Of a stretch of DNA of 63,842 bases, positions 1-12,807 are shown piece by piece. The stretch lies in the NCBI RefSeq assembly GCF_001194135.2, contig NC_068988.1, positions 53,660,851 through 53,724,692 of the forward strand, in the 5' to 3' direction. The DNA comes from Octopus bimaculoides. Its lineage: Eukaryota. Each line of letters starts with the position of its first letter. Position 1 is the stretch's first letter. The position numbers were made by a program, and so were the translations under genes. The notes under the pieces were generated by a model. That model did no database searches and was not told the origin of the DNA. It saw only the letters and a program-made list of their open reading frames with translations.

Positions 1-199
1 GTCTCTGCACCTTTTTGTTTTCAGATTCGTTTTCTACACCATTTTTTTTTACACCCATTTCACTTTTTTTTTTTTCGTTTCAAGCTAATAATGTCAACAT
101 TAACCAAAAAATGGGGTGATAATGGGTGACCAAAACGGGGCAATGGATGTAAAAATAAATAAATAAATAAATAAAGGGTTAATTAGGTTAAGTTTTATT

Positions 200-313
200 T
201 GTGAAATACTGTTGTTTTGAAGTTACTGCAGAAAATGGTCTATGTCTGTGATGGTGGTGGTTGTGGGGCATTAGAAATGAGGCCTCAGAACTGAAAAAGT
301 TTGGGAACCACTA
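200..313. mobile_element. One end of a hAT (Charlie-like) non-autonomous DNA transposon; other end not identified
   Basis: Terminal AAGTTTGGGAACCACTA (reverse complement TAGTGGTTCCCAAACTT, Charlie-type TIR) followed by CTCTAGAA, which matches the hAT NTCTAGAN target. Left boundary is approximate. Confidence 0.55.
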
Positions 314-753
314 CTCTAGAATTATAATTGCTATAATTTTACTGTTGTACCGGTCTCACTTCACAGATGTGGTTTACAGAGGAAACAAGTGATTTCTCAT
401 GGTTTTCATGATCAGATTCATTCAAAACCTATCAAAAAAACCAATATGAATTGAATAAACAAGTTTTATATCGAAGTAAAGATTTTAGAAACATAAAACC
501 AAACTGAATAATATTTACAAAATCTCATTTTTGAAATTGAAATATAATCAAAAAAATAAAAAAAGATAACGGTTCAGATCACTCTGCTTTCTTTGTAATC
601 TTTCCTGTCGTGAAAATGTCACAAAATTAAACTGCAGTCAAAGGGCAGCATTCCTGGTCAAGAAGCAATTCAGAATACAAAAGCAGATTTTGGCATTGAA
701 AAGATTCTCAACACTAAAACTATTTATGAACTTTGTGGGTTGGGAAAATGTAT

Positions 754-1062
754 TGTGTGGCTGTGTGGTAAGAAGTTTGCTTCCCAACTACATGGTTCTG
801 AGTTCAGTCCCACTGTGTGGCACTTTGAAGGCGTGTCTTTCTACTACAGCCTCGGGCTGACCAAAGCCTTATGAGTGGACATGGTTGCTGAAAACTGATA
901 AAAGCCTGTCATATGTATGTAAGCATGTATGTACATATGTGTGTGTATGTTAGTGTGTGTGTGCATATCTGTTTCTGTCTTTGTCCTCCACCACCTCTTG
1001 ACAACCAATGTTGGTGTGTTTACATCAATAGAGACCAATAGAATAAATACCAGGCTTTAAAA
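754..1062 (+). mobile_element. tRNA-derived SINE family A, internally deleted copy
   Basis: TGGCTGTGTGGTAAG A-box and GTTCAGTCC B-box head; body aligns by eye with the full copy at 45648-46046. Confidence 0.8.
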
Positions 1063-1084
1063 AATAGAAGTTGAAAATGCACTG

Positions 1085-2460
1085 AGAATAGTTAAAATAA
1101 TTTTTATTAATATATTTAGAGCTTTAACCAGTTTCACAATTTACACTGATTTTCAAAAAGTTCAAATAGAAAGATGTGGCTTATGTTACATCTGCCTTGC
1201 TTCTGACTAGTGTTTGAAGCTTGCTCTATTTTTATAGGGAATTCATAGCTCAAATTAATATATGCTTTCAATAGGATTTGATCGGTAGAGGATAGTCACA
1301 TGAACGGTCTTAGAAATTTTTGTGGGTTCCCTGCTACATCCGTGTGTTAGTATCAAATGACAATGTTTGGCCTTGTAAATTAAGGCTGACACGGTTGGCT
1401 GAACATGTCCAAACAATCAATGCTCTGAATGCTTTCTGCCAAGTGTTTGAAGAGAACGAATACATGATTAAGTTTGCAACCTTTTGTATATTTCCTGTAT
1501 TAGTGTCATGTGACAGAATATTTTGTGCCTAAAAAGAAGGTTGACACAGTTGAGTGAACATGTTTACTTATTATCAAGGCACTCCAACTTTAATCTGTCT
1601 GGAAGGAGAGTGGCTAAAGTTTAAGTTGTTAGCTGTGTAGCTTCCTCATGGTAAGTGGCAGAATGAATTTTGCGTGTGAATAGTTATTTGTGTATGTACC
1701 GTTAAAGTTTGTTAAGTCTTGGTTTGTATGAAAGTATTTCATTGTTCATTTGCACTTCATCTGTGATATTCACTGAACATAGTTAGAGTAGAGTGGGAAG
1801 ACCTGGAATATGTGTCCACTCAGTGGAATCTGTCTAGTATTGGGGTCTCGTAATTGTTGCTGGTGAATAGTCAGTCTGTTTCTTGGAGTAAGCTTTGTTT
1901 GACCTATGTAATCTTCATTACATCCTTGACATTTGATAGCGTATATTAAATTTCTTGAAGAACATGTAAAGTGATTTTTAACAGTAAAAGTCTGTCTTGA
2001 TTTGAATTTGTATGCTGTGTCTTCAATAAGGTTAATGCAAGTCCTGCAGCTGGGGTGGCCACACTTTCTCATTGTTGGTGTAGGAATTGTGGAAGGTAAT
2101 TTAGCACTTGGGAGGAATTTTTTGAAGGACTTTGATTGTCTTTTATTTTTGATTATTTTGTGTATTTCGAATGCTTGTTTCATTCTTGGGTCTTGTTGTA
2201 GTGGGATGTTCTGGTGGATAATATTGTAAACCTCTGTGTTTCTTGGGTCGTGTGTTGTAATAAAGGGTAGAGTATTGGATGTATTTGAAACTCTTTTCAA
2301 TTCTGTCTGGAATTTCATGGGGGAATTTCTCAAGCCAGAAATTTATTGCCTCTAGGCCATATTGGTGTTGGATTGTGGTATAGAGGTTTACCACATCAAA
2401 AGATACATTAGTAATATCATTGTTTATGAATTTTTGTATATTAGCAACAGGTTTACATAT
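1085..2460 (-). mobile_element. Penelope-like retroelement relic (RT motif A + GIY-YIG endonuclease + 3' terminal region)
   Basis: Minus strand encodes SFDVVNLYTTI (PLE RT motif) near 2370-2405. ORF 1770-2333 encodes CGHPSCRTC...FTCSSRNLIYAIKCQGCNEDYIGQT...R...H, the Cys-linker + GIY-YIG signature of Penelope elements. Frameshifted and internally deleted. Confidence 0.85.
1119..1163 (-). ncRNA. Degenerate type I hammerhead-ribozyme-like motif at the Penelope 3' end
   Basis: Minus strand reads GAACTTT-TTGAAAA-TCAGTGTAAATTGT-GAAAC-TG-GT-T-AAAGCTC: stem I 6/7 paired, decayed CUGANGA box, stem II CAGT/ATTG, GAAA box, minimal stem III. Confidence 0.35.
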
Positions 2461-3019
2461 TTAAAAAAAACCATGAACCTTAATACCATCTGAATGTTAC
2501 AACTGCAGCAGGAGGTATTAAAAAATTAATTGCATGCAAAAATTTCCTCCTATGGCTCATATTCTCCATTCATTCACTATCCTTTGCCAATATCCCATTT
2601 TATTCTCATTTCAACAAATTAAAAGATTGCTCTACTTTCTATATTATTCCTTTCATACAAGAACAATGCAGACTACAACCATAAACAAGAGAAGTTATTA
2701 TTTCTGTACACATCGTCATTACAACCATCTGCCACCATACAATAAATATACTTCTTTCCTTTATCATTTATTTTCACTTTTCTGTTGCAAAAATTACCAT
2801 TTCTTTTAAAGCTCCATAAAAATTAACTATTAACAACTTATAAACACAAATTATAAGACACATTATTCAACAATATATTATGAAAAACTGAAAGAATTAC
2901 AGAATCATGAACCACAAATTTCATATTTTTGGAATGTCTTTGATAAGTGTCATAATAACCATGACCACTCCATTTTTTTTTTTTTTAGATCATACCAAGA
3001 GTCACATTTTTCCACAACT

Positions 3020-3250
3020 TAAATTCTTCATGCAGAATACGTGCTCTTTCAAAGGTGTCAACCCCCACCTTAACCAGCTTCCTCCATCTGTGGTGATGAC
3101 AGGCATTGCTCTCCCAGTCAGTCTCCTGCATATCACAGACTTTTAATGAGGACTTGACACAGTTCTTAAATTGCAGTGAGCTGCGCTAAACTGACCAGAT
3201 ATAGAAAGACAGGCAAATTTTGGTTCACCTTTTCTAGAAACTCCCCCAGC
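3020..3250 (-). mobile_element. RTE-clade LINE 3' ORF fragment (second copy)
   Basis: About 200 bp closely similar to 4600-4790; encodes the decayed DMQETDWESNACH...RW...VDTFERARILHEE RTE C-terminal motif. Confidence 0.7.
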
Positions 3251-3989
3251 CTCTGGGTGAGCAATGCCCTCTCCAAATGGAGCTGCTCAAACACCCATGC
3301 AGCAACCAAATCCTATCGCTGTCTTGGGCCACAAGGAGATGACTTTATATCTAGCATGGGCTGCTTACGTGCACAAACCAAAGATCCCCAAAATGTCCAA
3401 CGCCATTCCCTGCACATCTGGTTTTATATCAGAGTGACCTTCTCCAAGATACATGCTTCAACAGAAGCTGAGGAGTGCCTCATTCCCAGTGGTCTTCTAG
3501 CATGCTGGACACTATCCTAGAATTTCTGTGTACCTGTGCTATTGCTAGATAGCTGTTGAGCTTGCACTAGGTTCATCCAACCTTTCAACAGGTCTTGTTT
3601 TTAAATCCTGCTGAGTTTCTAGCAACTCTCCTCAACAGGTTGCACTGGATTCCATGTTACCAGTAGTAATTATGCTTTTCTCTGATTCTCGACATTCTCA
3701 GAATCCAGCCAGCCAGTAGTCTGCACTTTGTCATCATCCTGGTAATGTGCACTTGGAAAGAGGTATCATGTCAATGCCCAGGTCCTTCACTGATTTAGGC
3801 TCTGGGATTGTAATCCCCTGTGGACCAGTGTACCTTGTAAGTTTTGTATTCAGTTTTGAATGCTGGTAGTACAGGGCTTAGAAATTTTCAGCATTAAACT
3901 GCATATTATTATCTTCAGCCCATCTGTAAACTGAGTCCAACTCCTGCTGCAGATGTGCATATATACATATATGTATATATATATACATA

Positions 3990-5075
3990 TGGTAGTTGTC
4001 TACTCCTTATACAGAGTTTGATCACCTCCTGTACCTACACCTTAGTACCATCATGGCGTCTGATGTGGTTTTTTAAACCAGACAATGTTCTGAAAAGACA
4101 CCTACATAGATTGCACCTCTGATTTGGACCACTAGTACCTACAGATTAAGTTCTGCTGTTTGTGGATCTCAGCATGTCTTTTGAGGCCTCCGTTGGATTT
4201 GCAAACCTTCTGGCATACACTGCATTCAGAGGTGTGCACAGACATATAGTCAGAATAGTTGGTGGAGGTTTGTTTTCCATGGGTTCCCAAATGAGATTTG
4301 AGGCCAGCCAAAGACAGGCATTGTCTGTCACAGACTGTGCACTCAAATAGGTCATTGTCATTCACCTTCTCAATTGTTACATTCTTCCTTAGATCTCTTT
4401 TGAGTCTTGCGTTATCCTGGCCTCTTCAAATGCTTTTACTCCACTCCACACCTTTGTTCACTATCCAACTCAATCCAAAGCAAGGATGTCTATATCTTCT
4501 GGAACCATTCCAAGTGACTTCATAGTAGTCATTATGCTGCCCTTAAACCTTTTTTTAGGATTACACCGATTAGTATTTCTTCTCTGCAAGCTCACCATAA
4601 AACATGTGTCAACCCCCTCCTTAACCTGCTTCCTCCATCTGTGGCAATGACAGGCATTGCTCTCCCAGTCAGTCTCCTGCATATCACAGGCCTTTAATGA
4701 GGATTTGACACAGTTCTTAAATTGCAGTGAGCTGCTCTAAACTGACCAGGTATAGAAAGACAGGCAATTTTTGGTTCACCTTCTTTAGAAAGCTCACCAT
4801 AAACGGCATGGGTTCATCTCTGCAAGCTCACCATAGACAGCATGGGTTCATCTGTCATTCGAACAATATGGCCACACCATCTCAATTGATTCCTCAAAAT
4901 TATAGCTTTAATTGAGGTGATGCTTGCAGATGCATGAACATCTGTATTTGGAGTAAAAGAACTCCATTTAATTTTTGAAATGCAATGAAGGCATTTTTGG
5001 TGGAATTGTTCTAACAGTTTAAAATGCTTTTCATAACAAGTCCAAGTTTCACAGGAATACAACAGGGATGGTAAG
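3990..5075 (-). mobile_element. RTE-clade LINE 3' fragment with C-terminal zinc fingers
   Basis: ORF 4814-5092 encodes YKSFVLPSLLYSCETWT...LEQFHQKCL...LRWCGHIVRM (RTE post-RT domain). It is followed by YGELA/E motifs, PKKRFKGS, and two CxxC...H fingers (4132-4365), and ends at a (TA)n tract. Confidence 0.85.
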
Positions 5076-5290
5076 ACAAATGATTTGTACATATATATAT
5101 ATATATATTATATATATATATATATATATNNNNNNNNNNNNNNNNNNNNNNNNNNNNNNNNNNNNNNNNNNNNNNNNNNNNNNNNNNNNNNNNNNNNNNN
5201 NNNNNNNNNNNNNNNNNNNNNNNNNNNNNNNNNNNNNNNNNNNNNNNNNNNNNNNNNNNNNTATATATACATACACACATATATATACAT

Positions 5291-5410
5291 GCTTACGGCT
5301 ATATCATGTTGAAAGCATTGGTTCTCATACGATCACTGAAGTTAAGCAACATCGAGCCTAGTTAGTACTTAGATGGGTGACTGCTTGGGAAACCTAGGTG
5401 CTGTAAGCAT
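5291..5410 (+). pseudogene. 5S rRNA copy, probably a pseudogene
   Basis: 120 nt, GCTTACGGCTATATCATGTTGAAAGC...GATCACTGAAGTTAAGC...GTTAGTACTTAGATGGGTGACTGCTTGGGAA...GTGCTGTAAGC. Colinear with metazoan 5S including box A/box C and helix I pairing. Many CpG-to-TpG/CpA changes and no T4+ terminator directly downstream. Confidence 0.9.
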
Positions 5411-5425
5411 TCCATTTCTTCTACG

Positions 5426-5835
5426 TGCAAGAGTGGCTGTGTGGTAAGTAGCTTGCTTACCAACCACGTGGTTCTGGGTTCAGTCCCACTGCGTGGCACC
5501 TTGAGCAAGTGTCTTCTACTATAGCCTTGGGCTGACCAAAGCCTTGTGAGTGGATTTGGTAGACAGAAACTGAAAGAAGCCCGTCGTATATATGTATATA
5601 TGTATATGCATATATATGTATGTATGTGTATATGTTTGTGCATCTGTGTTTGTCCCTCCATCATCGCTTGACAACTGATGCTGGTGTGTTTACATTCCTG
5701 TAACTTAGTGGTTTGGCAAAAGAGACTGATAGAATAAGTACTAGACTTACAGAGAACAAGTCCTGGGGTCCATTTGCTTGACTAAAGGCAGTGCTCCAGC
5801 ATGGCCGCAGTCAAATGACCGAAACAAGTAAAAGA
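5426..5835 (+). mobile_element. SINE family A, near full length
   Basis: A/B-box head, internal (TA/TG)n, 3' end CAGTCAAATGACCGAAACAAGTAAAAGAG. Confidence 0.85.
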
Positions 5836-6207
5836 GTATATATATATATATATATATATATATATNNNNNNNNNNNNNNNNNNNNNNNNNNNNNNNNNNN
5901 NNNNNNNNNNNNNNNNNNNNNNNNNNNNNNNNNNNNNNNNNNNNNNNNNNNNNNNNNNNNNNNNNNNNNNNNNNNNNNNNNNNNNNNNNNNNNNNNNNNN
6001 NNNNNNNNNNNNNNNNNNNNNNNNNNNNNNNNNNNNNNNNNNNNNNNNNNNNNNNNNNNNNNNNNNNNNNNNNNNNNNNNNNNNNNNNNNNNNNNNNNNN
6101 NNNNNNNNNNNNNNNNNNNNNNNNNNNNNNNNNNNNNNNNNNNNNNNNNNNNNNNNNNNNNNNNNNNNNNNNNNNNNNNNNNNNNNNNNNNNNNNNNNNN
6201 NNNNNNN

Positions 6208-6495
6208 CATTGTCAATGCCGCTGGACTGGCTCCTGTGCAAGTGGCACGTAAAATACACCATTTTGAGTGTGGCAGTTGCCAGTACCGCCTGACTGGCCT
6301 TCGTGCCGGTGGCACGTAAAATCACCCACTACACTCTCTGAGTGGTTGGCGTGAGGAAGGGCATCCAGCTGTAGAGACTCTACCAAATCAGATTGGAGCC
6401 TGGTGTAGCCACCTGGTTCACCAGTCCTCAGTCAAATCATCCAACCCATGCTAGCATGGAAAGCGGATGTTAAATGATGATGATGATAATGATGA
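6208..6495 (+). mobile_element. SINE family B, 3' portion
   Basis: GTGGCACGTAAAA subrepeats, GGAAGGGCATCCAGCTGTAG core and (GAT)n tail; matches 37933-38250 and 61822-62197. Confidence 0.8.
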
Positions 6496-6582
6496 TTTAG
6501 ATTTGTCACTAATAATAATATCTTAACTAGTATTCATTTGAACTCATTTATACACACACACACATACACATATATTTATATA

Positions 6583-7096
6583 TACTAGCTTTGAAGCTGC
6601 CCTTCAGTCGGCATTCAGGCTAACTTCAGCCCCACTATCAGGCTGCTTTGCAGCTCTCTACCTTTGTGTAATGTAATGCACAAACTTATTTCTGCAAATG
6701 TGCAAAGCACTCATGCTGATCACAATTTAATCAATAAGTGTAGGAGCGAGGTAAATGCAGTAAAAATAGTGGGAGTGGGGGGCAGTGAGACCCCATTTAA
6801 ACGGCCCTTCAGAAATTGGACCACCTTACGATACTCCCTGGGAGTTCATGATATGAAATTTATTGTCATTACTCCAATTTGGTTACCAATGCGATGTATT
6901 TAGTTTAAAATGCAGTAAAAATGGGGGTGGGACAATTTAGCGGCCCTTAGAAAATAGGCCCCCTTAGGACATTCCCTGGAATCAAGGGAGTTGCAGATAT
7001 GAGCTTCGTTTTCCTTGCACCAACGGGCTAAGAGGAGTTAACGAACATAAAAACTTAATGGACAGAGAAACATCACTCAAATTTATAATAGAATAG
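6583..7096 (+). mobile_element. Putative non-autonomous Helitron-like element with internal subrepeat
   Basis: Starts ATACTAGC after a TA-rich tract and ends ...GGACAGAGAAACATCACTCAAATTTATAATAG. Contains two diverged ~150-bp subrepeats (AATGCAGTAAAAAT...CGGCCCTT...CCCTGG). Classification is by resemblance only. Confidence 0.4.
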
Positions 7097-7104
7097 GTGC
7101 ATGT

Positions 7105-7500
7105 GTGATTGTGTAGCTAAGAAGCTTGTTTCCCAAGCATATCGTCTTGGATTCAGTTTCATTGCACAGTACTTTGGGTAAGTGTTATCTACCATAGCCC
7201 TGGACTGACCAAAGACTTGTGAGTGGATTTGCTAGGCGGAAACTGAAAGAAGCCCTTCGTATACTTGCGTGTGTGTGTGTGTGTGTGCGTGTGTGCGTAT
7301 CTTGAGCTTGCCTCACCACCACTTGAAAACCAGTGTTGGTTTCTTTACGCNNNNNNNNNNGTGGATCGGCAAAAGTGATCGATAGAATAAGTACTCGGTT
7401 TAAAAAAAAAAGAAAAACGTAGGTACTGGGGACGATTAGTTTGACTAAAAACCTTCCAAGGTAGTGTCCCACCATGGCCGCAGTCTAATGACTAAAACAA
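7105..7500 (+). mobile_element. SINE family A, diverged, spans a 10-N gap
   Basis: Colinear with family A body and 3' end. Confidence 0.75.
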
Positions 7501-8104
7501 ATAATCGATAATATATATATATATACTCAATGCCATGGTAACACAGATACTCAAAAGAAGTTGAGAGAAGATCTGTTATTGGTTGAACAAGAGATAGTTC
7601 GGTCGAATAACAGATACTGTTTTACAAGTCTCTTGTCTAATATGCCTGTCGGTGTCGATGACCCACTCACAAAGGCTGACAGACAGTCTCGCCTTTGTTT
7701 AATCTATCGTTATGTTGTAACAGAACAGAACCGGCAACAACAACACAGGGCGCTTCGTTGCTTAGCTGATTAATAATACACTACTGTTTAATTATCCCAG
7801 CATTGTAGTTGGCAGCAGGGGTATTTATGTAACTTTAATTCTTCTCGTGAGAAAATAATCTTCATACATTATTTCTACGTATGTCGATAAATTTTACTTA
7901 TTAATTAATACTATTTACGAAGTTCTCTGCTTTTGTTATCACATATTTGTACATCCATGTAGTGTTTGAGCTCGCACAGGAGACAAAAGAGTCACCAGTG
8001 TACGGATCTCGCCGAAGGATTTATAAGGGTTATATACACTCGTTCATTTTCTGCGCGGTGGAGCTATTTAGAAATTATTCAGTTAACACAAAAACAGCAA
8101 TAAT

Positions 8105-8295
8105 ATGGATGACGACTTTGAATACCATCTGAAGCTGCCATCGTCACCATACAGTGATGCGAGTAAACACAGCAAAGCGGATCTAAATACCACACCGACA
8201 GACTGCATTAAGGAACCCGTCGTCATCCTTCTTGGTTGGATGGGTTGTAACTACAAGCATCTCTCGAAATACAGTGAATTTTACGAGGCGAAAGG
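8105..8295 (+). CDS. TMEM53: Transmembrane protein 53 (DUF829 alpha/beta-hydrolase-like), coding exon 1
   Basis: ATG 8105, MDDDFEYHL...EPVVILLGWMGCNYKHLSKYSEFYEAKG; PVVILLGWxG...L.KYS is the TMEM53 signature. Donor GG|GTATGT, phase 2. CpG-rich upstream region. Confidence 0.93.
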
Positions 8296-11200
8296 GTATG
8301 TATGACACGCAACATCTCCGCAAAAGTACAAACGTGAAAGTACAAAACACGATTGAAGGGTGGGTGGATACGTATATAGTATATGTGTAAATGTAGGTGG
8401 ATACGTATGTGATGTCTGTAGTGGATGTACTTTATTGATATACTACTAAGGACTCAACACGTAAATTTAAAATTAAATATATTTGTGTGTGTGTATATAC
8501 ATACTGGCAAACCTTAGGCTTTGGTTATAAAATGTTAAAAACTGACACTTTATGTTCGTGTATGATGGGTTTTGTTTTTCTTTCCTAATTAAATTAACTA
8601 TTTGCTCTAATTCACCTCCTCATTTCGATGATGTTCTTACCAGACAAATGATTTGATCTTCTGAGACCGTATATAGAAACAAAAATGATTGCAGTATGGT
8701 AGACACATATTATCCATTCCAAAATAACTAAATACTTCACTTAAACATTTATCATTTGCTGTCAAAATTTTCTTCGCAAGAAGTGCGACTTGGTCGCTAA
8801 TGCGATTCCCTTCTACTTTTTATTACGAATCGACTGCCCGTAATTTTGGTAATCAAAACTTAAAATGTCCACAATACATGCTTAGAATTTTTATGCCGAA
8901 TTTCTCTACCACCAAATAAGTTATTTATTAATAATGGTTTTGGTAAAGTTTCTACATTTTAAATTAACAACTTCGCTCCTGTTGTTGCTTATGAGCCTCA
9001 CCATCACCACTTTTTTCTATAATCCTCACTCTAAATTCTGAATACAACTTGAATTTATTCCTCAGACCTTATTTCCATCACTTCTTAGAATGAATCAATG
9101 AAAATTGGGTCCCAATTTACCTAATTGTACCAAGTTTTGGTATTGTCTAGGACCGTCCTGGTTGGGGTACAAGTTTCGTGTTCGTAATTATTAAATCAAC
9201 ATTTTTTTTGTTATAAATGTTCTTTGTATCAAAATGTTACGTTTTATTTTGGTAATTCATGTTTTAATTGAGAAAGCGATGCTAAAGATAACCCCCAAAT
9301 TAAGTTTTATTCTAATATTGGTATCATTTTTCATTATTATTTGTTTTTAATGACTATAAATTGTGCTATAACGGTTTTGCAACTAATTCTGCACAGATGG
9401 GTCCCGTATCGGTCGAAGAAGGTAAATAATCACGACCAGATTTAAGGATCTAGTTAAGATAATTCACATTTTCTGAAAAAAAGTGTGCGCCTCTCAGTTT
9501 CTTTTTTGTTCCTCCCAACAATAATAGGACTTTAATGAGTACAACGAACCCATTTAGATTTTAATCTACTGTTGCACATTTCCTCGCTTCACCAGTTTGT
9601 TCCTATATGCCTATAGGTGGTGATGACCTGTATGAAAACGGGTCAGGCTGACTTAGTTGGAGCACAATAGTTACAGGTTTCGATTCCAGTTGGAAACCTC
9701 TTCACATAACTGGCATCGTTAATAGCCTTGAGTAAGGCAGGAACATTAGAAATATCAGTTCCTCTCCCAAAGGAAACCCTTTATTAGCAAACCTGAACTT
9801 TAATGTTTCGGAGATCAGCTGTATTTTTCATCGACTGTTTACTTATGTATCTCGTGGACAAAAGAGGACTCCTGGTTGCTATCCTACTGCGAACATTACA
9901 TTATGTTGTAAGGTCCCAATCAGCTTAGTTCAAATAAACCTATAAGCATAGCTTAGAGGTTTGTAGGTTGAACGATTGAGTGCGTTTTATTGATCCACGT
10001 GCTTCAGATGATATATCCTGCATCCATCGACTACTGGACGACAACTGCACACTCCGACATGCAGTGGTTAATCCTATGGTGTGCAATGTAGCAGTCTGGG
10101 CATGTTGAATCTTCTACATTGTCCAGTCTGTTCCTGTATGTCTGCTGCTTTAGTCCCAAGACAGCTCTCACTGATCAAAACTATAATCAAAGATGCTCCG
10201 TCCATAATTGCCCTGGTTTTCCTTTCTTTTCTTTTCTTTTTGTCACAGCATATAAATTAAAAAGCCTTCTTGCATAACATAATGATTAAATATTTGAACT
10301 GTTAAACCTATACCCAGATGACTTACTTCACTTCAAGCAAAATATTTACCCTATTTCTGTTATTTACTGTGATCCTATTTGTAACCCTTTTCAACTATAA
10401 AGCACTTGATGTGTCATCTACTTACATCACATTTGAGCTATGCAACCAATTCTTTCAAAACTTATGGGAGGGGTGGTCTGAGCTAGTTAACATCAATAAT
10501 ATTTATGATATTATATGGGCCATCTTTATTTTGTGGCTGTTCACTTTGATATTTTGTGATATTGAGTAGTGTATTTTCACATCATATATTTATGTAATGT
10601 TAGTAATTTTGTTTATGTTTCATCTTTCATCTTTCATTCTTCTTCCTACGTTGACTGTTTTCCATTAAGGTTTGCATGGGGACTGGTGCCACGTAAAAAG
10701 CACCCAGTCCACTCTGTAAAGTGGTTGGCATTAGAAAGGGCATCCAGCCATAGAAACCATGCCAAAACAGACCATGGAGCTTGGTGCACTGGCTTGCCAG
10801 CATGGAAGATGAATGTTACATAATGAAACTGTTGTACAAGGAGAGAAATTCATCAACATCTGGCTAAGTAATGGGATTTGTAATGTCTTGTAGCTACAAG
10901 AATCTCTAGCTCTCCAATAAATAGCTTTTCAATAAATTAGCTCTTCACCCCAGTTGTTTTGTGTCCCACCACCACCACCAGTCATAGTATATATAGAACC
11001 ATGGGAGATTTGGCTGCTATTTTTATTAGTTTGGATGATGTTAGAGGAGTATTGAACCTCATCAAGATTTGAACATGAACATAGTTACTATATTTCAAAG
11101 AAGATATCTCTGCTGACCACATCATTGCAGTATTACTTGGTCAAACTCTTGAACCTGATCTATTGACCCATCTTTACTGTTCTGCTAAGAAGCCTCTATA

Positions 11201-11701
11201 ACCCATCACTCAGCCTGATAAAAAAATAGTAGCCAAATTTCAGTGGTTCTAAATACACTGTTACTAAATGGTGGGAAAGAACTAGATAATCATATCTTGG
11301 ATGCCTTTGATTAAAGATCTATTTTATCAGGGCTGACTTGAGACTCAGCAAAAACAGTGAACCATTGATACTTAAAACTATATCACAGCATGTGTTCCCA
11401 TCTCTTGTTCATCTACCATTACTGTAAGATAGTGTTTGTCATGTACCCTCTTCTCCCTTTCTTCAAATTGACTCTAGTACCACAATGGTATACATTACCC
11501 AATGTAATAGTATTTCTTGCTATAATGTTATAAATTCATTCCTATGTTGGTTTACATAATCCTGTTTTAATTTCCCAGTCTGACATAGATCTAAAAATCA
11601 AGGTTTATTGGATTATTGGAGTAGGCCTGAATGTTACAGCTGGATGACTGCTATTTCTATGTCTAACGCAATGGTTTATAGAGGTTTTTTTCCTTTCTTT
11701 G

Positions 11702-11806
<105 letters not shown>

Positions 11807-12224
11807 AGAGAAAATAAGTTTTTTATTGCAATTTGTACATAACATCAAAACTGGATTAAAAAAAAAAAAAAACTAAATTTTAACCTGTATATAATTTAAA
11901 CTACAGAAAATTATGTTCTTAATTCTTACTTCAATAAATGATATATCTAATTATCCTGGCTTTATAGACAGAATATCAGTTTTTATTTTTTACATTTAAA
12001 AAAATATATAATTTTATTTTTGCATTGTTCCTGTTTATTATGGTACATCATTTGTGAACCTCACCTTTAGCCACTCAGCTGTGATGTGATACCAATGATG
12101 GCTTAGGTGCATGCAATATCTCTTTATGTCACAATACATTGCCTTTAGCATCCTTTGAACTCTTTTATCTTCTGGTCAGTAGACTTTTTATCTTCTGTTA
12201 TGTAGTGTTTCTGTCTTACCGTTT

Positions 12225-12438
12225 CCTTTGTATGATCATGATCATATCCAGCCCAAATATTCTTCCTGCCTTATTATCAACCCAGTCAGGTCTGGCCTCT
12301 CACACCCAATAATGTCTTTATGAAAATAAAGAAGCACATCATTAAAATACCAAAACTACAATATAATGCATGATTAATTCAAAACAGCATGAATAAATAA
12401 GCATTACCTTTGACAGAATAATATGAATGTTAAAGGGG
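12225..12438 (+). mobile_element. piggyBac-like MITE, diverged copy
   Basis: Colinear with the TTAA-flanked copy at 36903-37119; ends TAAAGGGG. Confidence 0.65.
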
Positions 12439-12807
12439 CTAAGAACTAAACTTCTTAACTATTTGACTTTGTATCCATATAGCATATGTAATGTGTAGTG
12501 TTATAAAGTTTAAACGCCAAATATATATTAAAACCCAAATTTATAAATAAATTAGATACATTTCATATCTGAAATTCATTTTTAATTCACTGTAAGTAAT
12601 ATGAGGTTATGATTAGTATGACTGATATTTCTGATGATGATGTATTTTTCTTTACTAGTTTTACTGTATTTTACTGTCTCACCTGTATTTAGCTATGAAA
12701 TACGGCAAGATGATGTAAACAAAATACTAAATTAGATATTTTTTAACATATTGTTTCTTGCTTACCTATATGGCTTTTTATTAACTTTGAATTTTCACTA
12801 ATTGCAG

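Noticed and set aside
5011-6325. Long ORFs spanning N runs (also 17367-17752 and 28470-29627)
   Set aside because: Artefacts of assembly gaps and flanking (TA)n microsatellites; no real coding content.
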